A stretch of DNA of 64,000 nt from Amoebophrya sp. A120. Lineage: Eukaryota; Protista; Dinoflagellata. The notes under the pieces were generated by a model, which was not told the origin of the DNA, ran no database searches, and saw only the letters and a program-made list of their open reading frames with translations. Both the position numbers and the translations under genes were made by a program. Positions 49,704-61,476 of the stretch are shown here, piece after piece. The stretch is from contig CAJINV010000007.1 in assembly GCA_905178155.1 (NCBI GenBank), positions 2,151,151 to 2,215,150 of the forward strand. Direction: 5' to 3'. Positions within the stretch are counted from its first letter, which is position 1, and the number at the start of each line of letters is the position of its first letter.

Positions 49704-51548
49704 TCATATTAATACAAACAAAAACCCCTGGCCACAAAAAAACGGCAAAAAGTTTCAAGACACGCGCGCGCGCGCGTTACGCGCGCGCGGGTAACGCGTG
49801 CGCGAGCGCGGGCGCGCGTAATGCGCGCACACGCGTAACGCGTACAGGCGGGCGCGTAACGCGCTGCGCGTCGCGTAACGCGCACACGCGTAACGCGCGA
49901 GGCACGCGGGGGGGCCGGGCGGGGGCCGGGCGGGGGCCGGGGGGGCAGCCGGCAGCAGGCGGGGGCGGGGGATGGGGGGGGCCGCGCCCCCCCCCGGCGG
50001 CCGCGGGCCGGGCGGGCGCCGCGGGCAGGCGGCAGGGGCCGGCAGCTGGCGGGGGCGGGGAATGGGGGGGGCCGCGCCCCCTCCCCGGCGGCCGCGGGCC
50101 GGGCGCCGCGGGCGGGCGGCAGGGAGCGGCAGCTGGCGGGCACGCAGGCGGCAGGGAGCGGCAGCTGGCGGGCATGCAGGCGGCCGGGGGCGGCAGCTGG
50201 CGGGGGCGGGGGGTTAGGGGGGCCGCGGGCGGGCGGCAGGGGCCGGCATCTGGCGGGCACGCAGGCGGCCGGGAGCGGCAGCTGGCGGGCGGGGGCCGGC
50301 ATCCGCCCCGCGGGCAGGCGGCCGGGAGCGGCAGCTGGCGGGGGCGGGGAATGGGGGGGGCCGCGCCCCCGCCCCGGCGGCCGCGGGCCGGGCGCCGCGG
50401 GCGGGCGGCAGGGGCCGGCATCCGGCGGGCACGCAGGCGGCCGGGAGCGGCAGCTGGCGGGGGCGGGGAATGGGGGGGGCCGCGCTCCCCCCGGCGGCCG
50501 CGGGCCCGCCGGGCGCCGCGGGCGGGCGGCAGCCAGGGGCCGGAATCTGGCAGACTGGGTGGGTGGCGGGCACGCAGGCGGCCGGGGCCGGCAAAATTCC
50601 CCCGCAAATGGGCGGCGGCGCGGGGCGCGCGGGGGCCGGGCGGGCAGGCGGCCCTGGGCGGGGGCGGGGAATGGGGGACGGGCGCGCCCCTCCCCCGGCG
50701 GCCTCGGGCCGGGCGGGCAGGCGGAGCGGGCGAGCCGGCAACAGGTGGGGGCGCGCGGGGGGCGGGGGCCGGCCGCGGGTCGGGCGGGCGGAAGGGGTCG
50801 GCGGCGCGCGGGGGCGGGGAATGGCGGGGGCCGCGCCCCCCCGGCGGCCGCGCGCGGCCCGGGGCCGGGCCGGGGGGGGCGGGCAAGCAGGCGCGCGGCG
50901 GCCGCCCGCAGGCGGGCGCGGGCCGGACGGCGGGGGGCGGCTGCAGGCGGGGGCCGGAGGGGGGCCGCGCCCCCTCCCCCGCCGGCCGCGGCGGGCTTGG
51001 GGCGGGCAGGCGGCGACGAATCGCCCGCCGCAGCAGGCAGGCGGCCGGGGTCGGCCGTAGGGAAACATGTGCGAGCGGGCGGCGGTCGGGCGCGGCTGCG
51101 GGCGGGGGCGGGGACGGCAACGTGCTGTGGTAGCACCAAGGCTTCCCGCCCGGCGGCCGGGGGGCGGGAACAGGCGACCGCAGGCAAGCGGGCCGCCCGA
51201 TTAGCCGGCGCGCACGTGCTTCGCGGGCAAGCGAGACGGGCAAATGCCCTCCCCTGCGGCCAGTGCACAGCACCACGCGGGGACAGGCGAGGGCGCCTCG
51301 ACCCGATGGGGGCCCGTTACCGATGGGCCCCTCGGGGGCTGCGCGCCGAAGCGCGGTTGGACGACACCGACGGCACTTTTATTTTGGTTTCGCGTTCTTT
51401 GGACGAAAATCTTGGCGCGCAGTTTCTGATTTTTCGAACGAACGACAACGCGCGGGCTTTTTGTGCCTAGCCGCACGAATTGCGCGGCCTTCAGTCTGTA
51501 ACTTTTTGCTTTAACTATACTGGCCAGGGGCCGGACTGCTTTCCCTAG
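49704..51548 (+). mobile_element. Non-autonomous Helitron-like element (1,845 bp) with an extremely GC-rich repeat core
   Basis: 5' end A|CTCATATTAATA. 3' hairpin ctggcc-agg-ggccgg (51520-51534), then CTAG|T (51545-51548). Subterminal inverted repeats cccctggcca (49725-49734)/tggccagggg (51521-51530) and gcaaaaagtt/aactttttgc. No TSD. Confidence 0.65.
49760..51120 (+). repeat. CG-alternating CGCGTAACGCG block followed by a G-run minisatellite
   Basis: 49760-49900 is largely alternating purine/pyrimidine. 49900-51100 has recurrent GGCAGCTGGCGGGGGCGGGGAATGGGGGGGGCCGCGCCCC units. Confidence 0.9.
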
Positions 51549-51728
51549 TATGCGTTATTTTATAAGTAGCATGAAAAGCGTAAATACGCTTGTGAAAGTA
51601 CCGAGATACTTTTGAAGACCGCAGGCACGACATCAACTTTTGTTTGACCACTAGGACCACTATTTCCCAACCAGCCGGCTTCATGTCAATCCCAACAAGG
51701 TCACTTTTGTGTGCGCAGTAGCTGCTTT

Positions 51729-54700
51729 CTAATCTACCTCAACATCTTCCACTTCTTCATCAGCAGACGAATTTCCCTCCTCATCTTCTTCCTCCTCTTC
51801 CAGTTCCGCTCCAGCATCAGGATTCTCCTGGTGACCCCCGTTCCCTCCGGGACCGTCCGCGGAGGGCGTCACACCGTCCGCGCGATCAAAGAAAATCTTG
51901 TCCCGGGCGACGTCGAAGCTGTGATTTTTTAAGGCATGACGACGGTCGAGAAAAGGAAATATAACCACAATCCTGCAAAAATCATCTAAATCACGATGCA
52001 AAAATGCTACGTATCGAAGATTTATCCAAAAACAATAGAAAAAAGCGACGTAGGAGCGTCATTTGTACAGTTGTGGAATCCGTAGAATTTCGCCGTCCAC
52101 GTGTCCCAAAATCTTCTCATCGATCTGCGTGTCCGGCAGCCTAGCAAAATCCTTCGCAAACTTACAATACTCGCGAAAACTCTCTTTCGCGTCTTCCTTC
52201 GAAATTGTCCCGGCTTTTTCCCACTCCGCGGCTTCGTAGTCCGGATCCCGGAGGGCCCATTTCTGTTCGAAACCTTCCCGCACGTCCGCGGCGAAGTCGA
52301 GAGTGGGTGTGCCTCCGCTCGCCGTTTTCCAGATACTGTTGTCCGCAGCCTGCCAAGGATGCAGCGCGAGGCTGCCCCGAAAGGAGGTTTTTGCAGGTTC
52401 TCCGATGGTGGAGGGACTGCACGTTTCTGATTTATTTTTCGACGACGCGCTCCTCGGATTTCCATTTGCATTTCCATGAGGTTTGTCCAAATCAAGGTAT
52501 GTGGTTTCGGGGTTTTTGCACGTCATGGGCGGTTCCCCTTCTATTGTCCCCGAGATGAACCCAGTCGGCTCCCACTGCAGATCATCTCTACTGCACGTCG
52601 AAGCAATCGCCACTTTCAGCCGGCCGTAAAGCCGGTAAGCTTCGAACGACTTGTCGAACACAAAGCTTGCTGCGTTGTCGATTTGCGCAGGGTAGAAATC
52701 CGTTCCCGGCTCAATCACGTGCGAAAACTTCGGAGCTTTGATGCGCGACCAAAACGTGTCTATTAGTGGAGCCTTCGACGCATTTTGATTTTCTTTACCT
52801 TTGGCCACGGAAGAAGTTGAAGATGATGCACCAGACGACGCAACAGCTTTAAGATTTTCTCTCCCTCCAGCTCGGCGTCGTTTTTCGCTGTCAGTCAGGG
52901 GAAAAATCCCACTTTTCGGCCGTAGCAGTCGCATTGCTTTTTCCGCTAGTGTCGGTACCGCGCGGAAGAGATTTTGCGGCCGGAGCAGAACGTCCGAAAC
53001 AGTGAGACCGCTTTTCGTGATATCCTCAGCGGTAGGATCCATTTTGTGCTTGTCGCTTGATGAAGATATTGAAGATTCTACGGCTTTTTTATCCTTCTCC
53101 TCTACTTCAGCGGACACCCTTGAACCGGGCTCCTCTTTCCCCAAGTTGCAGTCGCGAAAAATCCGCACCGCGTAGCGCAGGTCCTTGTGCTCGCGGAAAT
53201 CGCTTATGGGTGCGCTACTGCAGTAGATACTCATCAGGTGGCCCCCCGCAGTCGCCTCTTTGAACACTTTCGCCATGTCCATGTGCCCGGCCTCCACCAT
53301 CCGCTTCGTGCTCTCCACGGGGTTGCCCTGGTAGTGTAGATTGCCTACAATACCGATCTGCCCGTTGAGTTCCGGCCGCGCGGACAAGTTGTCTACAAAA
53401 ACCAGCGTTCCCGGGGGGAGAAACAGAGCCGGGTTGGAGGAGGCGGGGGACCCTGCCCTACTCGGTGCGGACGTCGGTGTCCAGGCTGATTTGCGCTTTT
53501 TCAGTGCGGCCGTCCCTGGTGGTACAACTGCGGCGGGAGAATTCATTCCTCGCGGACAGTTCGGCGTGACCGCGACGGTGTTTGCGAAAAGCGTGTGCGG
53601 CGAAGAGTAGGCGTCCAGCGACGTGTGCTTCTTGATCTCGGGAATGAACGCATTGGGTGGCGCTTTCATGTTTCGGAACAACTCCTGCAACTTGAAGTTC
53701 ATGTGCTGGTGCAGGTCCCCAAAGAACGTGCTCTCTTGCACCAGGTCGTCGTGCTTCTTGGTCAAGTGCTCTGTGGAGAGACGCGCGCGTCGGCGCCGCG
53801 CGACCTCTCGTCTCCGCACTGCAGCGTCCTCGTCGGTGAGGGTTTCGCCTTTCAATGTGAGTTTCTCGAGGAGCAACTTGTTTGGGTTTGCCTTGCACTG
53901 TTTTGTGTTGACAGCTTGGTCCTCTTTCGTTGTTTTTTTGTTTTTGAAGAATGCGACTTCTTCCACGACTTTCTCTTCCTCGTCCCGGTCTTTGCAGAAC
54001 TTTTCGAATTCGTCCAAAATATTGATCGCTTTGCCGCCCAGATCGTTACACGGACGACGAAACCGCCGACGCAGCGGCAAACTCGCTGTGGTCAGCAGTG
54101 TTAGCTGGTATTGCATTTCCTCCGTGACGCTAGAAGAGTACGGATAATCGTCGACAAAACAGGGCCCACGCCATGCGTCGTGACCGCGAACGGTGCACCG
54201 CTTCTCGTAGTGATTTACGTATCCCGAATTGACGCCCTTCATGCACTGCGAGATCGAGTTGTCGTCGCCGTGGAGAAACAAGGAACGAAGTTTCACACTC
54301 AACGGGCAGAAAAAGTTGGGATGCGCAATGTCTCGGACTCCATAGACAAAGGTCACGTATCCCTGCGCGTCCATGCAGCGTTCGACGTCTGTAAAGGGAA
54401 ATTCGTTGTTTAGCTCACCGTTCAGCTCATCCGTGTGGAGTGGCTGGCTGCCGTAGCGGACGGAATGCAGCACCGAGTCCCTCTTGTAGCCATGCGCCCG
54501 GAAGTAGTCCAGTCGTTTTGCGTAGGAGTCCGGCCGATTACGCCAGTAATCGATTTCTTCATCGCTGATTGGCATCTGTATCATGTCGTCGTGGCGGATG
54601 TCCAGGTTATTCTCATGGGCCGCCAGCGCACTGCGAGCAAATCTACGGGCAGCGTCCATTTCGCGACGTGCAAACTGCTGCTCTTTCTTGGATTGTTCAG

Positions 54701-57700
54701 CGGTTGGTGTTGCGCCGCATTTGCGTCGTCGTCCGGCCTGTCGGAGGCTAGTTTCCGGATACAGCCGGGCATACCGGTGCGAGGCCTCAAGGTCTTCCGA
54801 CCAATGGCTGATGTCCCGTTTCGGACGAAACTGCTCCCCGGGCGCGGGGGCCCGTGCCCGATTGCGAGCTGTTATGCGAGTCATGTTGGCGACATCCAGC
54901 GAATCTGACCTCGTATTCAATGCCGAAGCGACCGTTTGCGAGAAAAGTGAAAACGGCCCGGCGAGAAGTTTCACGAAGTGCGTATGGTGAATGGCTCCTC
55001 GCGACACCAAGTCGCTCCAGGAAAACTCGGCTTCGTCAATGTTGTCATGGCCGAGCATCGCGGCCAGCCGTCCCGGTTCGAAATCCTGCTGCTCGTCGGC
55101 CCAGTCGTTGCCCCAGGGAAAATATCCTCTCGCAAAACTGCTGGTGTACCTACTATACTACGTACCAATCGATGCACTCGCATGACCTTTTTAGTTTTTC
55201 ACTTGTGGGAACGGTAAGATTAGTGAACGAAAAATTCAATTTGTACGTGGAAGTAAAGACGCTTTTGCAAGAATATGAGTGCATACAAAAAGTTCCAAAG
55301 GAAAGGTAATGTCGCCGATGCGGTGGCCAATGTGATTGCGTTTTTGCCGGGCCTCCCACGTGTCGATGTCGCACACATCGTTAAAATTTTTCGCCGGTAC
55401 ACAGTTCAGTGCGCTCTTCTGGCCAATCGAATGTGTTCCCCAGTGTACTTTGCGACGCCATTCTTTATTAGTCGTACCACGCAGATAATTCCGCTGCCGA
55501 AACTGCTGCGCCAGCAGGTCTGCTAACTTAAGGGTCAAAATTTCAACTTCTGGTGGCGCAGCCTGTCGTTGTTCTTCTGCGAGAAGTGCACTGCTGTAAC
55601 TGTCGTGGCGAGACGCGCACGCGAAAAAAGCATTGTTTGAAGCACCGCCGAGGGCCAGGGAGTCAGGGTCAGCGTCGCTGCTTAGAAAAGCCGGCAACGA
55701 CACCTCGCGATCTCCATGCAGGCGGCGAGCGACCACACCCGCAATAAACGGGTCGACGTCGATGGGGTTCAAGTGGAGCCAGCAGTCGATCATGTGCCTG
55801 CGTTTGGGTGGATCCGCTTGATTCAGCCTCTTTCCCTCCGCCAAGGAAGCCACACAATTCGCGTAAAGGTACCGCATCGCATTCGCATCTTGAGACAACA
55901 GCGAAACGACGTCTCCGCGCGAATGAGTGTCCTGGTAGGGCATTCGAACAAGGAGTAGCAAGGGCCACAACGGTGACATGAGTGCCTGGACGATCACGCG
56001 TTCGACGTGTAGCTTAGAAGCTGCAAAACGATCCAACACGGCAGCGTCGAATGGCATCGCATCTTGACAATGTGCAAAAGGTTGCTTGCCGTTGCTCTCA
56101 ACAGTAGCTCCCGCGTTCTCGATGTAAGTGAAAACAAGCGACAAGACATCTTCTTCGACGTTCACCACCAATACGTCACTGAGCAACAGTCGGCACATGT
56201 AGATGGGTGGAAACCGCCACGGGTTCTTTAGATGTTTGCAGAAAGCCGGACAGTCGAGCGCCGCCTGAAAGTTGCGCGCCAGAAAAAACAAGCAAATTTC
56301 CTCAGCCGTTGCCCGCACCTCGGGAGAGAACTTTAGAAGCAGTTCCTTCATGAAGAGAAGGTCGTAGTAGTTTGCCAGTACCACCGCAATGGCCATCCGC
56401 GAGAAGATTGTTATCTGCAGCACCTCCGCGATTTTCAGTAAAGGAATGACGGACTTCAACCGGTCCGAGCGGATTTCGTCGAAGATAGCTGCGTCTGTTG
56501 CCTTTGGAGCATTTGGATCGTCTTGTGGTGAAGCAGCCGCACCATCGGAGTCTGCGGGACTCACTGACGCTGCGGTCGATTTGGTATTCGATGCGCCGAA
56601 GAGACCACCAGCCAGGGGCACTACACTGCGTGCTTCCTGAAAGATGTTCACCGTCTTCGCCGCGTCCTTCTTTTTTTGCACTTCCGCGATTGCTTCTTCC
56701 CGCGACATGTCGCCGATGATGTTTGTCCGGAACCATTTCGCTAGGTCGCCCTTCCCGGATTCCGCAAATTCCATTTCATACATAAACTTTAATATCGTTT
56801 CGAAGTACGGGTGCGTTTCGGCTGGCAGCAAGTCGTCCAGAGCGATGGACCACGGTGGAGTGCTGGAACATGATCGAAGGTTCTGGTCATATTGTCCCGC
56901 CACCGCCGACGTTTCCGTTTCGCTGCGGTGCTGAAACAAATCGCTTTCTGCCCGTTCCGCCGTTCTCTCGAGGAAGTCCGCTCTTGCTTCGAAGAAGTGG
57001 CTGTGCTTTGTCAGCACGCGAACTGGGGCACAGTAGGTCTTATCACCAACCACGATTTCAAGTATCTTCTTCGAAAAAGGCGACCGATGCGCTTGAACTT
57101 GTTCTCGCGCTGCTTCGAAAGCAGAGGACGTGGCACGGCCAGGACCGTCACTCGTGATCCCTGTAGTTGCAGTTGCTGCCAGCGGGCCGGTGGTCGACGG
57201 AACCGCTTCCCACGGTTTTCGTAGATTCTCGAGACCGTCGCTGACTTTCTCTTCCTCTGTCTCAAACGTCGTGGCTCCGTCGTCAAAGGAAAACGTGTGC
57301 GAGAACGCCAATTCCTCGTCCACCAGATCGAACTGCTCCTCGTCAGTGACGACAAAAGTGCTGTTCCCAAGCGTCGAATACTCGCAGCCGTCCGTAAAAT
57401 GCTCGTCCTCATACTCGTCCAGGCCGACAACCACAGGTTTCTTGTTACCGGTATGGAGATCTTCCGGAACTGGCTTCGGGTCGTTTCTGTCTACTTTTCC
57501 GCAGTAGAATCTCCCCTGCACAGAAAGCGCAAAGTCGATGTCCGCGCTTTTAGCTGCTGCTGATGAATTTCGTGAAGGAAACAATCGAGTGAACGCTTTT
57601 TCTGGCGTCGAGTCGTGCGTCTGCTCTTAAATGGCAACCAATAGTGCCTCAGAACGCTTGCTCAAAAATTGCAAGCGGTTTTTGCACGGGGCGAATGCTG

Positions 57701-58181
57701 GCAGACCATGGTCCGAATCAGCGCTGTTGCGTGTCGTGTTGCTGTTGCCCGTGCAACTTTCGAGGACGGTTGTTCCCTCATCGGAGGCGGAGACACCATC
57801 TGGCGGCTGGGCTTCATCACATTCAACTGCCTTCGGCTGTGGCAGACCGTCCCAGCGTGACACACCCTCGAGATGCCGGTTGTTCCAGACATGTTCGATG
57901 TCGACCCTCCGCTTGTATTTCCGAATGTCCGTGCAGCCGTAAAGGCGACGGCATTTGTAGTGACGCTTGGGCACACGGAGTGGTTCGTCGTCATCGTCCT
58001 CCGAAGAGCCGCCGTGGAGCATAGTGTAGTACTCACCGTCGCTGTCATCGTGGCGGCAGCGCCCCTTTCCGAGCCCCCGGGTCACATCGAGATTCTTTGC
58101 ACGGGCCAGACGGTGAAGCAAGTACTTGTCCTTGGCCAAAGCGGCCAACGCCGGCTGGTCATCATACCTACGGTGCGCCAT
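51729..58181 (-). CDS. Large BTB/POZ(-BACK-like) protein; the ORFs at 57627-58181, 55236-57584, 52059-55058 and a last exon probably form one gene
   Basis: BTB-like IVVGDKTYCAPVRVLTKHSHFF...FETILKFMY. BACK-like RLLLSDVLVVNVEEDVLSLVFTY. SH3-like GTLVFVDNLSARPELNGQIG...RYAV...LRPQNL. The three large ORFs share one frame and are separated by short intron-like gaps. Confidence 0.6.
55123..55275. mobile_element. Diverged introner family A copy, 153 bp
   Basis: Ends tatcctctcgcaaaac and cttttgcaagaata. Interior cgtaccaatcgatgcactcgcatgaccttttt resembles cgtattgcaatcatgcattgcaagtcttttt of the 2413 copy. It covers the stops between two same-frame ORFs. No recognisable TSD. Confidence 0.65.
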
Positions 58182-58906
58182 GAGGGGTTAGAGGGGCAGG
58201 AGTTCGCGAAGGTTGCGCAACTGACTACAAGTCGACGCCTGCCCAGAACGAAACTACAAGACACACTATCGCTATTTCATTTCCTTTTTGGGTCTGTTAA
58301 AGGTACAACAGATGGATTATTTTTACAGAATCAAAAGTGGCCGAGTCCTCGGGGACAGGAATTTCAAGAACTCCTGGCAGCAGCAGCGGCAATGGCCGAG
58401 CTCATGCTGAACACACACAGCTGAGGGATCAAACTTTTCGGCAGCCACAGCACGGACGGATGGGCGATGGTGCCACTTCATTGCATTCATCTTGAATGAG
58501 CACAAAATGAACTAGAAGCCTTTGCCTTGAGGCCTTGAGATGTTGAAAAATAAACTTAAGCCCCAATAAAGAAGTGCGAAGTCTTATAATTTTTCATCTG
58601 GTTCTCGTTCTGGTACAATAGGTGTGATATTATTATACACGACGACAATACGCCTTGCCTGAACTGCCGGTCAAGTCGAAGTCTGTTGACAATGAGAGCA
58701 TCTTGGTGCTGGCATGAGAACCCGCAGGGCAAGAAACTGAAACAAGAGATATTCGCAGCCGGGCGCGTACTAACAGACGGAAGTAGGAGTCATAGCAACT
58801 GCAGACGCAGATGCAGAAAGGGGTTAGAATCATGTACTCGACGCAAACTGCAACAAGATGATCCCGCAGGTTCGTTATACTTTCGAGGACAGCTGACACG
58901 TTATCA

Positions 58907-60289
58907 TCAAGAGCTCTTCACCGTCGCCCCGTCCTCAAAGACCCACTCGTATTCCAAATCCCTGCCCAAATCCTTCGTTAGCCGCAAGATTTGTTTCTTC
59001 TGCAGCCTCGCCAGAAACCTCCGCGGCATGGACCGCATAATCACGTTCAGTGGCGTCACGACCTGCCCCTCCAAATGCCACCCCGGGTCCTCGCTGCAGT
59101 ACTCGTAGGAGTCGGCCAAAGCAAGTTTCCCGGCCCTAGAGGAGACGTTCAACTTCAACTCCGGTGGTAACTGCACGTTCGCAAACAACTTGTTCCGCGT
59201 TTTCAGAACCACGTACATTTGCAAAAAATCGTGCAGAAACGGCCGGCCCCAATTTGCCTTCCAGCCGCAGACAGGGAGGAAATCCAGTAGGTGGATGAGG
59301 TGGAAGTTCAGATGCGTCCACAAATCGGCCAGCGACATCTCGATCTTCTTCCCATCCAGCATCCGCTGGAACCGGACCGCATTTGGTACTTTTTGACGTG
59401 GGTCGTCATCACTATTTGCACCCTGGGTGTGCATAATTTCAAAAGCTGTTCTGTCCCACAAGTCCTGCAGGAAGTTCGTTCCCTTCAACAGCCTAACCAC
59501 CGTCGGAAAAGCTTCGACGTGTTTGAATTCGTTGTCATCCAACAACTTCTGCAATTCCGGTACTTTCCCCACCTCCATCGGCCACAAATTCGTCGCGACG
59601 CCCATGATGCTGTGGAGAAATAGGATTCGACAGGATTGCTGTGGGTAATGCACCGCGCTGTAGTCGCGGACGAAATACAAATGGTCGAGAAAGGACCCGT
59701 CCGCGTGCTCCATTTTGAAGTTGCAGTTGTTCGTCATGAAGTCCATCAGCGGTAAAATCCGCGCCGTCGCATCCTTCAGCGGGCGCGAGGGGGACAGAGT
59801 CCCGCTCCACGCCTGGTGGATTTTCGACACTCTGTCCTCGTGCCAGTAGACGTGCTGGGCCAGGTAGGACTGCAGGCCCGCGCGGGGAATGGCGCCCTTG
59901 ATGCTGACGAAAATGGTTTTGTTCAAGTCAAACTCCGGATCCGGCAGGAGCTGGACGTGGCCCCGGTGGTCAATCGGCTTCGCGGACACTAACATCGCGA
60001 GACGAGCGGGGTTGTGTTGGGATACATCAGCGGTGGTCGATTTTTGCTCGTCTTGGGGGTCGGCTGCTTGCGGTGGCCGTGCGGCTGCAGCCACGGCAGC
60101 TGCGAGGTCGTCTGCGACTGCAAAGCCATCTACGGGCCTCTTGTTCCGGACTTTCGGCGTCACCACATACCACCGCCGGAAACAGTCCCTCGCGAGGAAA
60201 TGGCCGACAAGAATCGTACAGAGGATGAGGAGCGCGGAGCGGGCCCAGCCGTCATCGGTGATAAACTTCTCCCAGAAATCAGGCGTCAT
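58907..60289 (-). CDS. Intronless 460-aa protein with an N-terminal TM helix and an HD-like (DUF6817-like) His motif
   Basis: GC3-rich ORF. HADGSFLDHL...LFLHSIMG resembles the HxGxxLxxHL...HSxYG pattern (similarity recalled, not searched). Confidence 0.8.
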   Translation of the reverse strand: MTPDFWEKFITDDGWARSALLILCTILVGHFLARDCFRRWYVVTPKVRNKRPVDGFAVADDLAAAVAAAARPPQAADPQDEQKSTTADVSQHNPARLAMLVSAKPIDHRGHVQLLPDPEFDLNKTIFVSIKGAIPRAGLQSYLAQHVYWHEDRVSKIHQAWSGTLSPSRPLKDATARILPLMDFMTNNCNFKMEHADGSFLDHLYFVRDYSAVHYPQQSCRILFLHSIMGVATNLWPMEVGKVPELQKLLDDNEFKHVEAFPTVVRLLKGTNFLQDLWDRTAFEIMHTQGANSDDDPRQKVPNAVRFQRMLDGKKIEMSLADLWTHLNFHLIHLLDFLPVCGWKANWGRPFLHDFLQMYVVLKTRNKLFANVQLPPELKLNVSSRAGKLALADSYEYCSEDPGWHLEGQVVTPLNVIMRSMPRRFLARLQKKQILRLTKDLGRDLEYEWVFEDGATVKSS

Positions 60290-61476
60290 GATAGTACTGG
60301 TGGTTTATCCTGCGAATGGGGGATGAGAATGAGAATGACTTAAATGTATGGAGCAGGCTATTTTTAATACACGCGAAGAAATTCTGTATCGAGGACCTGT
60401 CATGTCGAGCGATTTGGTAGGCAGACGGTGAATCTTGGTGCTGAGCATAGGTACTAACCCCACGTTTTCGCATTCTTGTTGCCATACTAGTTGTTTGACA
60501 TCATACATAGCACAGCACCGTATGTTGCTGGGGCAAAGAAGTCTTCTCGATTCTAGACTCAATCTCTCAGCGAGAATCTCTGACCTAAACCAATAAAGAG
60601 AGAGAACCTAGAAAAAAAAACGAAGGTAGAACATCCTTGATTTTGTGTACTGGCAGCATCACTGAATTCTTTAACCAGCACTAGTTCCGTATAGTCATGC
60701 AGGACCCGCCTAGATGCTTGAAAGCAAATGCAGCTCGATGACAAAACCGCCTTTTTTGTCAAGGAAGTCTTTCTTGCGTCACTAAGTCCCCCAGCGGATT
60801 TTCCCGGCATGAAGGATTTCCTTATTTAATAGTATGTTGAGCTTTTGCGTCTTCAATGTCATCGTGAAGATCTTCACTTTTAAGTACTGCCCAAAGAACG
60901 GCTTAGAGCCAGGCCTGTACAGAGTAATCATGATGTAGAAAGAACGCCTGCGCTTGTGCATCGTGTGATGAAAAAGAACTAAGTACGTAGAAAAGGAAAG
61001 GAAAATGTGATCATCTTATCCTTGGCAACACTTGTTGCCACTCGGAGGAGGACGTGAACCAAGCTATACGCTTGGAGCAGGCTCGCGCACCAAGAACAGT
61101 TTCCTCCCCCTCCGAACCCACGCGAGTTTCACGACTCAAGACTGGCGGGCCACGAAGTCATGTGCTCCTTTCCCCAAGACTCAGCCGTAGTCTCCCCGTA
61201 GTTCGTGGCCCCCGCGGCTTGGAATCCGTAGCAAAAACAACAAGCAACACCGAGACAACTCCCGCAGATCCGAACCGGCATGCTTTTGTGGTGCCCGATA
61301 ACCTTTACTTTCACCAGGGAATTATACTGACGAAGACAAAAATTCCGAGAAGAGTATGCGCTGGTGGACGTCCGCATGCACAGCGTGCTCCTCACCACCA
61401 CACTCATCCGGTTCCCGATGGGAATGCCGTACGCGCAGTCCTTCACATCTATGCTGATGCTCCTGTCCCGCAACTC

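Noticed and set aside
49709-51470. Long Pro/Arg/Gly/Ala ORFs on both strands
   Set aside because: They arise from near-pure GC repeats that lack stop codons.
51585-51620. Short palindrome aaagta-ccgaga-tacttt resembling fused family-A TIRs
   Set aside because: Too short and degenerate, with no TAT/ATA ends or TSD, and outside coding sequence.
57600-57720. In-frame TAA between same-frame ORFs (and TAG at 31518), suggesting stop-codon reassignment as in one Amoebophrya lineage
   Set aside because: Long conserved ORFs use TGG and CAR codons with no internal stops, and both stops can be removed by plausible GT-AG introns.
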